NCBI GenBank assembly: GCA_004764695.1
Contig: SMSO01000034.1
Location: 4,402,001-4,466,000 of the forward strand
Direction of reading: 5' to 3'
Length of the DNA stretch: 64,000 nt
Origin: Schizochytrium sp. TIO01
Taxonomy: Eukaryota > Protista > Bigyra: Labyrinthulomycetes
Part shown: piece after piece, positions 1 through 12,398 of the stretch
Position numbering within the stretch: the stretch's first letter is position 1
Layout of the letters: the number at the start of each line of letters is the position of its first letter
Notes under the pieces: generated by a model
What the model saw: only the letters and a program-made list of their open reading frames with translations
What the model was told of the DNA's origin: nothing
Database searches by the model: none
Position numbers and translations under genes: made by a program

Positions 1-371
1 CGCGATCGCCAGCCGCCATCTTTTCCCGTATTTCCGCATAAATATGCTTCCGATGCCGGAATTCCGTATTTATTTTGATGAAGTCGCTTTTCCTCTTTCA
101 CTTTTCTTTCTTACTTCCTTCTGGAAGGGAGAACTGCCCAGAAACTCCGTCTTCCCCATCCGACAGCAGTCACGGATATCCGGGGATTGTACGAGATTTG
201 ATCGGATTTCCGGGAGATAAAGACTGTAGGATTTCCGGGTAAGCAGGAGGAATTTCGGGACAATAAAACTACGAGGTTGAGGGCTTTGTGAGTGAATGTG
301 AGGCGAGGATAGATCAGGAATTGCGATTGGTTTGCGGGTCTGCGCAGAGGAACTGCGGCCCTGCTGCGAGG

Positions 372-902
372 ATGGACGAAATTGAAGGCGCCGAGGGCGT
401 TCGGAAGGCGATTGTTGATGCTCACAAACAAGCTGCATGGCTGGACGAGGAACAGTCCAAGGTCGAAGGTGCCATTGAGGCATATGAAGACCTTATTTTG
501 CATGCGAAGGCGTTGAAGGAACGTGTGCAAGCTCAAAAACGTGCCAGAGATGAGATGAAGAAGCAGGAAAATGCTCAAGGTCCATCAAGTGTGAATAAGC
601 GCAACTTGGACGACCGCCCTGAAGCCCTTGTGGATCTTGGCTGCGGCGTATTTTCCAAAGCCCGCATCGATGAACCAGAGCTCCTCAGTGTATGCATCGG
701 CGCTGGAGTCTATGTAGATTTGACTCTCGAGGAGGTTGAAAAGGTTGTCAACCGTCGGATTTCACTGCTGAGAGAGGAGTGTGCCATGTGGATGCGTAAA
801 CGTGGAGAGGTCTATGGGCATGAGCGGATCTTGCAGGAGGCGCAGCAGATTCTTAATTATGTTTCTGGTCTGAGCGATGAGGAGAGGCAAGCGCTGATGT
901 GA
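372..902 (+). CDS. UXT: Prefoldin alpha-type subunit, UXT-like
   Basis: First ATG at 372 (the track ORF starts at GTG 288). Helix, beta-hairpin, helix layout with LVDLGCGVFSKARI..LSVCIGAGVYVDLTLEEV, matching the UXT/prefoldin-alpha core. Confidence 0.8.
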   Translation: MDEIEGAEGVRKAIVDAHKQAAWLDEEQSKVEGAIEAYEDLILHAKALKERVQAQKRARDEMKKQENAQGPSSVNKRNLDDRPEALVDLGCGVFSKARIDEPELLSVCIGAGVYVDLTLEEVEKVVNRRISLLREECAMWMRKRGEVYGHERILQEAQQILNYVSGLSDEERQALM

Positions 903-2109
903 TGGTTTTTAGGATATATATTCAGATTTATTCCGGATATGGAAATCCCTGTGCCCGTGATTATTGAGTAAATGTTGCCTTTTACAAGGAGGAAGACAAA
1001 AATAGTTTTTCTACAAGCATTGTTGCTGTTGATTTCATATTCGAAATGCAGCATACCTTAGTTTTAAGGTCAAAGACTAAATACGGTGGCTTTCTTGATG
1101 CAAAGATTTATTGTCATCTTGAGTGATCTTGCGACCTCCTTACGTTTCTTCACTAGATTTTTAAAAAACATGTATTTGTAACTTTTTTCTTTGTTTCCAT
1201 CTGAATTTGTCAATTACATCAGGAGCAGCTGTTATTGCCAAGACGTGAGACGTTGAAGAATTTATTGATAGTTGCTCTGTGGGGGTGTTGGACAGATGGC
1301 CGGTTTGAGCTATGTCAATTGTTTGACGAGGAAGAGAAAGTCTAGTATGAAAAAGAACGCTCGCGACTCCTAAAATTTGACTGGGTTAAAAAAAAATAAA
1401 ACACGTACTCATTGTTTGTTTGTTTGACTGTGTGAGCCAGTGAGTTCTTCAATCCAAAACAGAAGAAAGAGAGAAATCAAGAGAAAACATGATAATGAGA
1501 ATCAAAATTGATGATTTGCAATGATATCTATATGATGGTATGCACATATCTAGGGTGTGTAGTCAGTGAACGAATCGACAGCAACAATTCGAAACACATG
1601 TAGTATATCTGGTGATCTGGAAATCAGTGTAATTCCCGGATAAACGCTAAAGAGTGCCTTTCGTTGGAAAAGACTTGTGAATATGTTTGCTGTGTTGCAC
1701 AGATGAGGGCCAATCATTCAATCGCTGTAGCGCCAAAAGGTAACGGAGCAGACAATATCTTTGCTTGCATGTATCTCCTAGTCCCTGCTTCATTTAAAAA
1801 GTATGATAAACCGTCTGTGACTAGGCGTTACGAATTTAGCAGAACCTTTCTCTTGAAAAACCAAAACAAAACGACAAATTGGTATGTGCAGAAATTAGCA
1901 CCTGTACTGCAAGAGTGCATTTTTTATTTCTGTCCAGATTAAGGTGATGATTCCTCGCATAATTATCTCCTAGCCTTTATTAATGTGACGACTCCAGGCA
2001 AAGTGAAATGATAATCCAAAATCCAAAATAACAACAAAACGTAAGGTTATTGCAACACAGTGGTATTGAAGACCAGGTAGTCTTTGTTGTTGCTTGAAGA
2101 CATCCTACT

Positions 2110-2586
2110 TTAGGCCATGGAAAGGCCAGCGATGCATTTGTTGACGGTCTGCAGAAGGTTGGGATTTTCAAGGGCTGCTGCGACGCGCTCCTTGTCATTA
2201 AGCTGCTTGTTGACCTGATGCTCCTGCATATGAGTGCCGGGCATAACGTAGATATCAACCTTGAAGCGACGCGGGAGAGACCTCAAAAGCTTGACGCGAA
2301 GGCTAAGCCCGATGAGTGTAGACATTGAGCAGTGAGGCACCGTGGGCGTGAAATGGATGACGACGCGGTTTTTCTCATTATCCACGACGACGTTCTTGAC
2401 CTCGGTCACGTTGAGCTGTTCGAGCGAAAGCGGGTGTTCAGGGTCCTGGATATCCCTGATGAGGTCAAAAACTTCACTGGCGTCAAACTGCTCGTAAGAG
2501 TCCTCATCCTCAATATCGTCCACAGACTCCGCTCGCTCTGCGCGAGTCACCGCATACACCGTGGGATTCTCATTCAGCTTCGCCAT
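2110..2586 (-). CDS. CIAO2B: Cytosolic Fe-S assembly component MIP18/CIA2B (FAM96B family)
   Basis: ATG at 2586 ([11 protein letters not shown]). Contains [40 protein letters not shown] and [17 protein letters not shown], which are family signatures. Confidence 0.95.
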   Translation of the reverse strand: MAKLNENPTVYAVTRAERAESVDDIEDEDSYEQFDASEVFDLIRDIQDPEHPLSLEQLNVTEVKNVVVDNEKNRVVIHFTPTVPHCSMSTLIGLSLRVKLLRSLPRRFKVDIYVMPGTHMQEHQVNKQLNDKERVAAALENPNLLQTVNKCIAGLSMA

Positions 2587-4502
2587 CTTGCCTTGCTCTG
2601 TCTCGTTTCCAGAACTCTTTTCGAGAAACAGTCCAAGCTGCCAGTCTACCCGAACTCCCAAAAGCTCGCCAAACCACGCTCAAAAGCTGCAAGCGTAGCG
2701 TTCTGGCGCCCTTCCGAGGCGACGAATCGTGTGCTCATTCGCCCCTTTCATCGCGCTCTCCCGGCTTTTACCCGACTTACGTAGGCGCCGCAAGTAGACT
2801 ATCATCTTATATTTCACTTTTAAGCTGACCGATAAAGTGGACAATAGTATCCACAAGTGCTCTATAGAACTCCGCAAGTAGACAATGCGCAGCCTTAGTT
2901 TTCAGCCAGCGAAGCCCGAACCCTTGCGATTCGCCAGCCCCACGCGTTCGAAGAAAGTCAATTGTTGTCGTGATCATGGCTGCGATAGTTTTGATTAGAT
3001 TCGCAGACCCTTTGAGTTTTTCTGAAAGCTTGATGTGACTCGTGTCGCGGGTTGCATCGTTGTCGTGGCTGGATGCTTGGAGTTCTTGGTGGTTGTGGCA
3101 TACTTCAGGTTTGTTTCTAAAGGATGCTGTTGTGACCGAGAAAAGAGGGCTCCAAGTGCCAGAAATGGAGATAAAGATCTTGGTTGAAGTGCCGAATGCA
3201 TCGGGAAGATCCCGGGTAGATGCAAGTAAGCATGTTCATTTGCAGCAATCATTACTCATTTCGACAGTGACAACATTTCTATGAAGTAATCGTTGTATTC
3301 TTCCGCTGCTTATGAGGGTATCAAGAAACCCTTTTAATGCATCTTGTCATCGTTCTTGGCGCGATGGACAGCGTAGTCTTAGTTTTAAGCAAGTTGACGA
3401 CCTTGATATCCAGCGAGGCAAACTTTAACAAGATCTGCGCTCGGGCATTACTTGCACAAGAGCGCAATGAGCCGGTTCTTCAAGATGATTAATTCTTTAC
3501 CACCCTCAGGACGACTTTCAGACGAATGAAAACGCAGCCTTCAAGATCACAAAATGTGCATCTGCACGGGACCCTCGAGTAGCTCTTTGAGTGGTGAAGA
3601 TCTCCTGAGCGATAGCATATAGTTGATCAATTCCGACACTAACGGGGCCATCTCGAATTCAGACGCGTCTAATGATTGATTACTTTCTCCTCTAAAGTTT
3701 GCTGCTTTTCTAAGGAAAATAAGATGACTTTATACAGGTAAACACTAACCTGTAAAGTACTCAAACGCGTGTTCTGAGATCATGGAGGTGTCAAATATAG
3801 TAATTACTAGCATTTAATCCTCCTCCGTATTACCAGTAACATATTGGTATTGTGTATAGATCAATGTTGAAGCGGATCCTAAAACATCTTCACGCGCATT
3901 TGTGCCATGGCTGAATTCCTGAGCTCTTTCCTTCCTTTGGTTATTATTAGTTTCAAAAATTATTCTGCTTCTTTTTTTTTTTTCCCCATTTTTTTAAAAG
4001 TATTTTTATACACTAGACTACTAAGTTGAACATCCTTTTTTTTTTTAATGTTATGTTCTATGACTTGATGAAGATGTAGGCGTCGATACCAAGAAACTCC
4101 GCACGTGATATCTGCTCTCCACCCTATTCTCTTTGAAATAATAACTCCACTCAAAGGCACTACTAGCCAGAGAAACTTCACTTTGTGTACCCATATCAGC
4201 GGCTGTCGCAATGTCTCATCAGTTTTATTCACCATTATTCACCAAACCAAACAAAAAATCTTTCCCAACTTGAAAGAATAATTCAGCCTTGGAGTAAACA
4301 AATGATTGAAAATGGATAAATAATTAAAAATATGCGTAGAAAGTTTCGGCCAAAGCTGCGATAGATGCGAGGCAGAGAGCAAATCCAAATCGCAAACTTA
4401 GGATAGCTCGTACAGAAAGGAGGGTTGGCCAGCCTTCCTCGTGTGGTGGCTTAAAGAGTTCGTTTTTTGGTTTGTTTGCCTTTAGTAGACTGGGTAGCCA
4501 AG

Positions 4503-5777
4503 ATGTTAAACTTGGTGGCAGTGCTGGTGCTGGCGGCGCTCGGTGCGACGACCGTAGCTGGATTCAAGTATCAGTCACTCTCTGAGCAGGGTAAACGTGC
4601 TGTCCATGAAATTTTTCGCACAACTGTGCAATTCTACCGGGCAGTGGTTTATTTCCTGCGTGGAGGTAAATACTCAGAATGCAAGGAGTTTGGCGAGAAC
4701 AAAAGAGCTCTCATTCACATTTTTAGCCTTTGCTTGAACTTTAAAATCTGGAGCAATGAATCATACCGTGAAGGCACTTACCAAGATGATTTGCGACGCA
4801 ACCTTCGCAACGTTGCCATTCCGGGAACTGGTATTCCCCTCAGTGTCTTCATGTACACAAAGGTCACCGCTTATATGATGCTCTTCATCGTGTACCCGAT
4901 CGCCTGCTTCGTTTCTGCCGTGCGCATTGGCGAGAAGGATATGGTACGCATCTGTGATGCATATAAGGGCGAGCTTTTGATGCCCTCTAACTGGTTCTTT
5001 TATTGGCGCCTTAACTCAGTTCTCGCTGCCTGGCACGCTATGGTCACCAAGGAAGAGGATTACAAGCTTGAGGATAAACTTACTTTCTTACAGGTCGCCC
5101 AAGACAAGGATATCGGTGTTACCCCGTTCATGGATATTCCTGCTATCATCTGCAAGCACCGCAATGAGGAAGGTGGCCTTGGCTACCAATTTTTTTCCAA
5201 CGCTGTTTGCGGAGGTGACTGGATTATTCAGGAGGTGCTCAGTAACGAGTCGCCCATCAAGGAACTTTTGCCGAGTAATGCTCCTCTTTCTACCTTCCGT
5301 GTCATCACAGTGTCCAATCCTGAGACCCAGGAGGTTACTCCTCTCACCTGTGTGTGGCGTGCGGGTATGGCTGGCGCAAAAACAGACCACACCGCAATCT
5401 TCTTTGATGTCGATGCTGAGAAGGGTGTATTCCGCGATGGTGCCCGCAACCCTAACTGGTACAAGATCGGTCTTCCTAACAAGCTTCTTGATACAGAGCA
5501 TGGCATCACTCACCACCCGGATAGCAAGATCAAGATCGAAGGCGCCGAGATTGACGGAAAAGCTATCACTGAGTTTGCTAAACGTGCTCATGAACGGATG
5601 ATGCCAAAGATCCCAATTTCGGGATGGGATGTAGCACTTACCAACAAGGGCATGGTAATGCTCGAGTGCAACCTTTCTTGCAACTTCTTTCTCGGCAAGT
5701 TTGACCTTGACAAGTACAACGAGTTTGCTGATTCATACTTTAAGCTCTTGGAGAAACGCGAGGCAGAAAGCAAATAA
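4503..5777 (+). CDS. ATP-grasp protein, alpha-L-glutamate-ligase-related / sugar-transfer-associated ATP-grasp-like, with N-terminal signal peptide or anchor
   Basis: ATG at 4503 with hydrophobic N-terminus MLNLVAVLVLAALGATTVAG. ATP-grasp motifs: DKLTF, CKHRNEEGGLG, WIIQEVL, STFRVIT, THHPDS, SGWDVALTNKGMVMLECN. Strong codon bias. Confidence 0.8.
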   Translation: MLNLVAVLVLAALGATTVAGFKYQSLSEQGKRAVHEIFRTTVQFYRAVVYFLRGGKYSECKEFGENKRALIHIFSLCLNFKIWSNESYREGTYQDDLRRNLRNVAIPGTGIPLSVFMYTKVTAYMMLFIVYPIACFVSAVRIGEKDMVRICDAYKGELLMPSNWFFYWRLNSVLAAWHAMVTKEEDYKLEDKLTFLQVAQDKDIGVTPFMDIPAIICKHRNEEGGLGYQFFSNAVCGGDWIIQEVLSNESPIKELLPSNAPLSTFRVITVSNPETQEVTPLTCVWRAGMAGAKTDHTAIFFDVDAEKGVFRDGARNPNWYKIGLPNKLLDTEHGITHHPDSKIKIEGAEIDGKAITEFAKRAHERMMPKIPISGWDVALTNKGMVMLECNLSCNFFLGKFDLDKYNEFADSYFKLLEKREAESK

Positions 5778-6510
5778 AACGCTACCCAGCAGTAATTTAC
5801 ATGCAAACCTGCCACGCACGGTCATGTACTGTTGGAAGCTTTGCCTGTGATTTGATTGATTTCTCAATTCAGCGTTCACCCTGGCAGCTACTTTGTAGTT
5901 GAGAGCTGAGCCTGTAAGATAAATCCTCGATTTGGAGTATGAATGACCCTTTCTTAAGGCGATACGCATATTAGAAGCTAACCAATAACAGAAAATAACT
6001 GAAAGTAAAAGTTGAAGAAAGTTCAATCATCTTTCATTTCAAATAATGTTCTTGCGGAAGCATTGCATCATTGTAATGATTTCTCATTTGAAAGACAGTT
6101 CGCGACGGTGATTTGTATTACTTTATTACTTTATATCATTATATATACATAAATATGCAATCTTACAATATAGCAAAACAAAAAAGTAGTTTCTCAAAGA
6201 TCGTATGATTTTAATCCCTTAGAAAATTCGTCAGACGATATATAAGGAAACAATACATGTTTCCTTATATATATAATTTTTTTAAAGAAGACATTTGCAG
6301 TAACCTAATTTTAAAAGTGTACGCCCTTGCAACCCAAAGAACAGACTTGATTTATAGAGCAGTACTATCCGGTAAAGCTAGTCTAAGCCCGGAAAAAACT
6401 AAAAACTCATAAATGGAAAAGACAAAAGACATTTTTATTTCATATTATAACAGGAGAAGCTCAAGGAGAATGCAGGTGCATAAACTAAATAATATTTTCC
6501 AAGCGCGAAT

Positions 6511-8426
6511 TTAAGGCCGAGCGATATCAGTAACGTTGGTCAAACTTCTGCAGATATCGTTACTGTCAAAAGGTTTGCGAATCACCATGTCAAAACCAAT
6601 TTCTAGCAAACGCTTTTCTTCGAGAACGTTGCCCGTCACAGCAATGATTGGGCAAGTCCAGCCATTTTCACGCATACGTTCGCACAATTCATCTCCATTC
6701 ATAGAGTGCATAATGATATCCACAAAACAAATGTCAGGCTGGGCCTTTTTGCCGCATGTAAGATTGATCGGCACTTGGTTTCCATCTGCAAATGAAATGA
6801 TATTATGTTTTTGGAACCCGAGGTTTGCAAGCATGCGGGTGAGAATCATCCTGTTCACTGCCTCGTCGTCCACAACATAAACTGTGGTATCGTGAGCACG
6901 TTTCCGTTTGCATCCTGCATGTGAAGCTTCGGCTGCCAATTCAGACATCGATGTCACAGATGTCGAGGATGATGAACACTTTGTATCATCCATACTTACG
7001 TCTATGTCACTTGAATAATCTTCTGCAAGTCTCCGCATTGCTGGCACAAAATCAACTGGGTCCAAGCTAGGCGAACTTACCAACGAATTTGGTAAGTGCA
7101 ATGACATAGTCATATTCTTATGATCTTGAATCGAGGACCGTGACACCGGAGATTTGAGCTCAGCATCCCCCCCATGAACAATGTCCTGTGCCAATGGGGT
7201 CTCTAGTTTGCCTCCTAACTGCTCAGCTATTTTGCTTGCCATGAACAAGTGACCGTCCACGAATGAGAAACCTTGTGTAGACAAGCGAACATGCGGCACA
7301 GCGCCAGTATTAAAGTGACACTTACGACAATTTCATCTGTTGATTTGTCAATCGAAAGCAATACCTCTACTTTAAGCTTTTTGGGGATGTCAAACTTGCT
7401 AACCTTTTCTTCAGATTCAGATAGACCTGAAGTCGCAACAGTTGGATCCGGTAAGCCGGCCATTCCTCGCAAAGCAATACTGCATAAATGTTCTATGCAC
7501 TTTGTGAATTTAGCCCGCTGTAATTTTACTCTGTGTATTTGTGTACTAGAGTCCAAGCCATTGATAAATGACAACTGCACCGCAGGGACAAGCGGGCCAA
7601 AGAAGTTAACTACGTCGCGCAGAGCATCTGCGGGGCTAAACAATGTCGGCGTGAATTGTAGCTGAAGTTCATTCACAGCATCCAAAGACGAAGAAGCTGA
7701 TTCAATCGCGGCAGTGAGTTGATCAACTGAGTTTTGTAGCATCTCCATAAGATTTGGTTTGACCTGATTACTTTCTTGAATCATGGAGGTTACGTCGCGA
7801 AGCGCATGCAACGGGTTAAGCATCTGGTGGCCCATATGCAACAGAGTTTGTTTCTGTAATCGCCGCATTATCATAGTCCGTTGTTGCTGCGCATGAAGAA
7901 TGTCCACAACGACATCAGCCATACCTCTTAGCTTTTCCTCATCTGCAGCATTAAATGAGTTCGGGTTGCGTGGTGAGCGATCGAGCAAACAAAGGGTTCC
8001 CACTGACAAATTGCGGTCCTTATCCATAACTAATGGTACTCCGGCATAAAAGCGAATGTCAGGAAAACCGGTCACTAAAGCGTTTGATGCGAAACGCTCG
8101 TCCTCTTCGGCATTCCAGACGATGAATGGCCACTTCTTTCGGCCTGAAGCGGCAGCTGCTACAGGATAATTACAAAAGGCGAGCTCACGAGGAGTTTCTT
8201 TAACAGGCAAGCCTGTATGGCTAAGGAACCATTGGCGCTTCTCGTCCAAAAGACTGACTAACGCTATAGGGCAGTCAAACATTAGGCAGGCTAGCTGAGT
8301 AACCTGGTTAAAGACGCGGTCGCCATCGGAATCCAGGATTTCAAGGTTTTGCAAGAGCTCCAAGCGCTCCTTTTCCAAATCTGCTACAGGATATTCTCTT
8401 TCGTGGCCATCTGAAGGTGAGCTCAT
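6511..8426 (-). CDS. Hybrid sensor GAF-HisKA-(degenerate HATPase)-receiver; one frameshift at about 7312-7314 joins track ORFs 7227..8432 and 6511..7299 (about 638 aa)
   Basis: GAF: ERLELLQNLEILDS..FNQVTQLA..PIALVSLLDEKRQWF, IRFYAGVPL, VGTLCLLDRSPR. H-box: HMGHQMLNPLHAL. Receiver: VVDDEAVN, FVDIIM, AVTGN, RKPF. Adding one T on the coding strand gives VSVTFNTG..FMASKIAEQLGGKL, which is G1/G2-like. Confidence 0.85.
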
Positions 8427-10789
8427 TGTCAACTACTTTCCGCACGAGTATGTTGCAATATCAGCAGCAGCGACTGGCCTGAGCTAAGCGAAAGCCTAAC
8501 TAGAAAGAAGGGAAGAGTTGAAGATGTTTGCTTATGAGCACACAATAAGTTTCGCAAACCCCCTCACGTAAACTTTGATAAGTATAATCTCAATTAGAAT
8601 TGGCAATTGAGTTCGCGATAGTTAAACCTTCTCTCCCCGCGATACAGCACCAAGCGCTGCAAATCTGTGTAGTTGTAGCTGACAAGTTGAGCTCCGTTTC
8701 TCAAGGGTTCGTCCTCCTGATGTACAAGTTTCTCCGCAACTGTTGAAGCCACCACCTCAACACCAACCAAAATGGTTCTCGTGTGCGGCGCCTTGCGCGT
8801 CCCCTTCGAGTTAGATCTTATCCGTTTGCCTGGTCCCAAGCTGTGTATGATTCGTTTGTTTTGTTTCTGTCGCTTTACGCTTTTTTGTTTTGAAGTCGAT
8901 TTGCTGTACCAATGGTAGGCAGGTGACGACGATTAAACCTCAAAGAACAGACGACCCAAGGAAAGGGTTGGGGCCAGCCAGTTCTTCAAGCAGGGCCGGT
9001 CCTGCCGTTTTCCGCCAGGTAGCGGCGCGAGCCTCGAGCAAAAGCGCACGACCGCTGCCGAGTTTACCTTTTGCTGTGCTGCAATACTGAGCTCACTCAA
9101 TTGAGTGATCGATTTCTTCTTTCTTTTTCTATCAAATCTTTCTTTTCCATCTCAATTTCTTTTTAATTCTCTTTCTCTCTTCCCTGAAGAAGAGGCGGTT
9201 AAAACTTTGAAAATCTTTCTTTTTTCTCTTTCCCTTCGAGTTCTTCCACCTTACAGCGTTCTTTGCAGGGCTCGCGGACCCACAAGAGACCCCGCAGTCG
9301 GTTTGTCCCAGAGAACGGAACTTAAATCCAAATTATTCATACTAATTTATTATAGGAATCACTGCTGCGGGGTAAATTGAGGTTTTTAGCTTCCAACAGT
9401 ACGTGAGTTCCTCACATAGGAAAGCAAACAAAGAAAGACACTGGCGGAGCCTTTGCCTTTAATAAGGAGAATATACTAAACTAGTATCAGGTTTTATATG
9501 ATTTAAATAGAGTGCTACTTATGATTTGAATTTTGATCCAAGTAATTATACAGAACAAAGAAGGCTTGTAGTTGTAAATGACAATTTTAGGAGCATGTTT
9601 AGATGATGCCTTTCGGCAACGGCTGTGACAAGAATCAATCGCGATGCTGCGCCAGAGTTCGTTGTTGACCAAAACTTCAACAGGTAGTTCACTGCCACAG
9701 ACTTCGAAGAGAATGCAATTGTGATGAACATCGCAGCCTTTGACACCTCTCGTAAACTATCTCGATCTTCAAGGCAGCGTCTTATCCCTCACGACAACAT
9801 ATTTTATTTCTTTTTACGAATGAAACCTTGTAGGACGATTCATTCTACACGGACTTTGAGGAGAGCTGCCCCCCCAGTGATGAAGAGAGTTTCGTAGATG
9901 TGAATTGAGAATTAATAATTGGGAGTCATGCTCAAGCCGGTGTCTATGCGTCTGTTTACAGGTACGCCGGTGATCCATTTCCAAGCAAGCAATTTCCAAC
10001 TCTACTTGGAATGATGCTTATAGACCTCTCGCAGAAGCATGGGCACTAATACAACCACCAACACAAGTGCAACACAACTTGTATAGAACGCAACACCGGC
10101 CTGGCGAGCGTATTTCAATCGAAAGGACAGCTAGAATGTATCGTTGCAAATGTGAATAAATCTCGGCGATCTTGCTCGACGATCAATACGTACGGAGTTA
10201 AACTCGATCCTTGTGAATCCTTAAGATCCGTTCAAGTCTTGTAATTTCCAAAGTTTCCTGAGCATTACCGTGAAACTGTTTAACTGAGTCGTTCCCAGCA
10301 ATTCCAATGGTGAACATCAGTACATCTACATGTAGCTCAAGCAGAGTACCTACAAGGTTTCTGGCAGAGTGCTTGACTGTTTGTGCCAGCTCTCGCCCTC
10401 CTAACTATCAGTCCTCGACTCTGTCATGCGAGCTGGCACAATTTCAAAGAGAGCTTAATTTTGGAGCATATTGTACAAAAACACATGACGTGACCCTAGA
10501 GCTTTGTGGTCATCTTTTATTTCCATCCTGCTTCATGATACTCGCCAACAAATTAACTTAGTCCACGCCATAGCTTCTGTTTCTAGTAAATCGCAAACCG
10601 ATCTAAATATTCTGTTTATGGTCCCTGAAGAAGCTTGAGTTTCGCGATACGTACACCCTTATTTTGTACGACTCAGGCGAGACTTCTTTTTTAATTTAAT
10701 TTTAAAAATAAAAATAAAAATAAAACCATGTATATATTCTTTTTTAGTTAAAAATAAATAAAAATAAAAGTCACGGTTCTTATTTTAAA

Positions 10790-11053
10790 AATGCGCGCCA
10801 TGGAATCACTTTAGAGACACAAACTTTCGCCCTTTTCGAAGACCGAAACGACGTGCAGCTGCGGTATGAGCAGACTCTCCCTATCATTTCCTACATCGCT
10901 CGTCATCTACGTAGATATCCTCCCGTTGGACTATTAGATGAGGAATTTTAGAGTTTCGACCACGCCCCGACCAATACAGTTGTATGTGGATTCATTATTA
11001 GATTTCATCAGAAGGGCAAATCCGAGCTTGAAAATTGTCAAGTGTGGATCTGA
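10790..11053 (+). pseudogene. Possible decayed glutathione S-transferase N-terminal fragment
   Basis: Stop-interrupted frame reading FEDRNDVQLRYEQTLPIISYIARHL, which resembles the GST-N 'ED.d..l.QS.AI.rYlAr' motif. No intact ORF. Confidence 0.25.
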
Positions 11054-12001
11054 CGTGCCCTCAAATACATGGTGGCATTATGTTAGGATTGATTAAACAA
11101 CAATATAGGAGAAGGCCGTTGTTTTTTCAATGCAATGTCGCTAGGCTTTAGACTTGGGATTGTCAATAGCTGCAAAACCGCTTCTACTTCAGAAAGGAGA
11201 AATAAATAATCAACTCAGAGACTTCGCCTTTGAACTGAGCCTGACTTGGGTTCGCCATAGGTATGAATGTATCACTTTACGTTCAATAACACGTTATATT
11301 GGTGGGTATTTTGGCTGATACTTTGCGACCTGCTGGATTGCTTTGAACATTCGCAAATCTCCCAAAGACAATTCATCAATGCCTTACTCTCTAAATAAAT
11401 TAGGGTTATTAGACTGGCGATTGTGTTGGCTGTGCCAAAAGCATTGGGAGTCTTTCGAAGCGACTTGGTTATAATGCAAGGCCATACAATTATTCCACAT
11501 AGATTAAGTTTTTTCCGTATGTGTTTTCATCTCTATAATTATACACTGCACCGCCTAATCTAGAGAATGATCAAGATGGTATTCTCTAGTTGCTTGGGTA
11601 CATTTACTAACATTAAATCTTTACAAGTTCCACATCAACAAAGCTACCTGGTACCCCCTCTTTTTATGAATGAAAGGTTTCCAAAGAACAAAATCGCCAG
11701 AACTTGAAAGCTTGTTTGGAAAAGATCTCAAAACATATCTATTTAAGACCCTCCTTGCCTATAGGTATGTACAGGACAATAAATTTGCATCTCTCTTATT
11801 TCGGAAAGTCCAAATCTGCTCAAGAATGCTTCCCAGTCCAAGAAGTATTTTAAATGACATTTTATATTCTTTCCCAAGAGTGTCTATATTTTATTAGCAA
11901 CTAGTGTGCTTTCTGAATTTGTTATATAGGCAAATTACCTTTTACCGTACTTGTCTACTCAGCTTTATAATATGCTTGCCACGTTTTAAATCTATTTTTT
12001 C

Positions 12002-12085
12002 AACAAAACAGCACAGAACAGCACAGAACAGAACAGAACAGCACAGAACAAAAACAAAACAAAACAAAACAAAACAAAACAAAAC
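12002..12085. repeat. Compound pentanucleotide microsatellite (CAGAA/CAGCA then CAAAA)
   Basis: Directly visible. Confidence 0.9.
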
Positions 12086-12398
12086 GGATCTATGTGACAA
12101 AAGGCTTGGGTATCAATGTACTCTCACGAGTTAGTCTCTCTGGGGAACTAGCATCAGGATCACAACATGCTAGGTTCACTCCTTTAGGCTCGGCGCGAAG
12201 ACTTCACTCTAATAGTCTGGGAGCTTCTTCTCTGGGGCGGGAAACAAGTTTTCATATCGGAGGCGGTGGTTTCTACAAAAAAACAGGAAACACAACAACA
12301 AAAGCTGCAAAGCTAATGCAAGGGATTATAAGCGCGATTTTGCAAACTGCAGTACACCAGCAATCGATGAAAGCACATTGTTTTTTACTGTATAAGCG

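Noticed and set aside
2977-3490. ATG ORF with in-frame TGA (possible selenoprotein or readthrough)
   Set aside because: No redox motif or recognisable family, and several further stops. At most an unidentifiable decayed fragment.
7272-7325. GTAAGT...CAAG candidate intron at the kinase frameshift
   Set aside because: It is 54 nt, a multiple of 3, so splicing would not restore the receiver frame.
10381-10441. 12-bp inverted repeat TTGTGCCAGCTC / GAGCTGGCACAA
   Set aside because: Isolated, with no target-site duplication or second copy. Too little to call a MITE or RNA.
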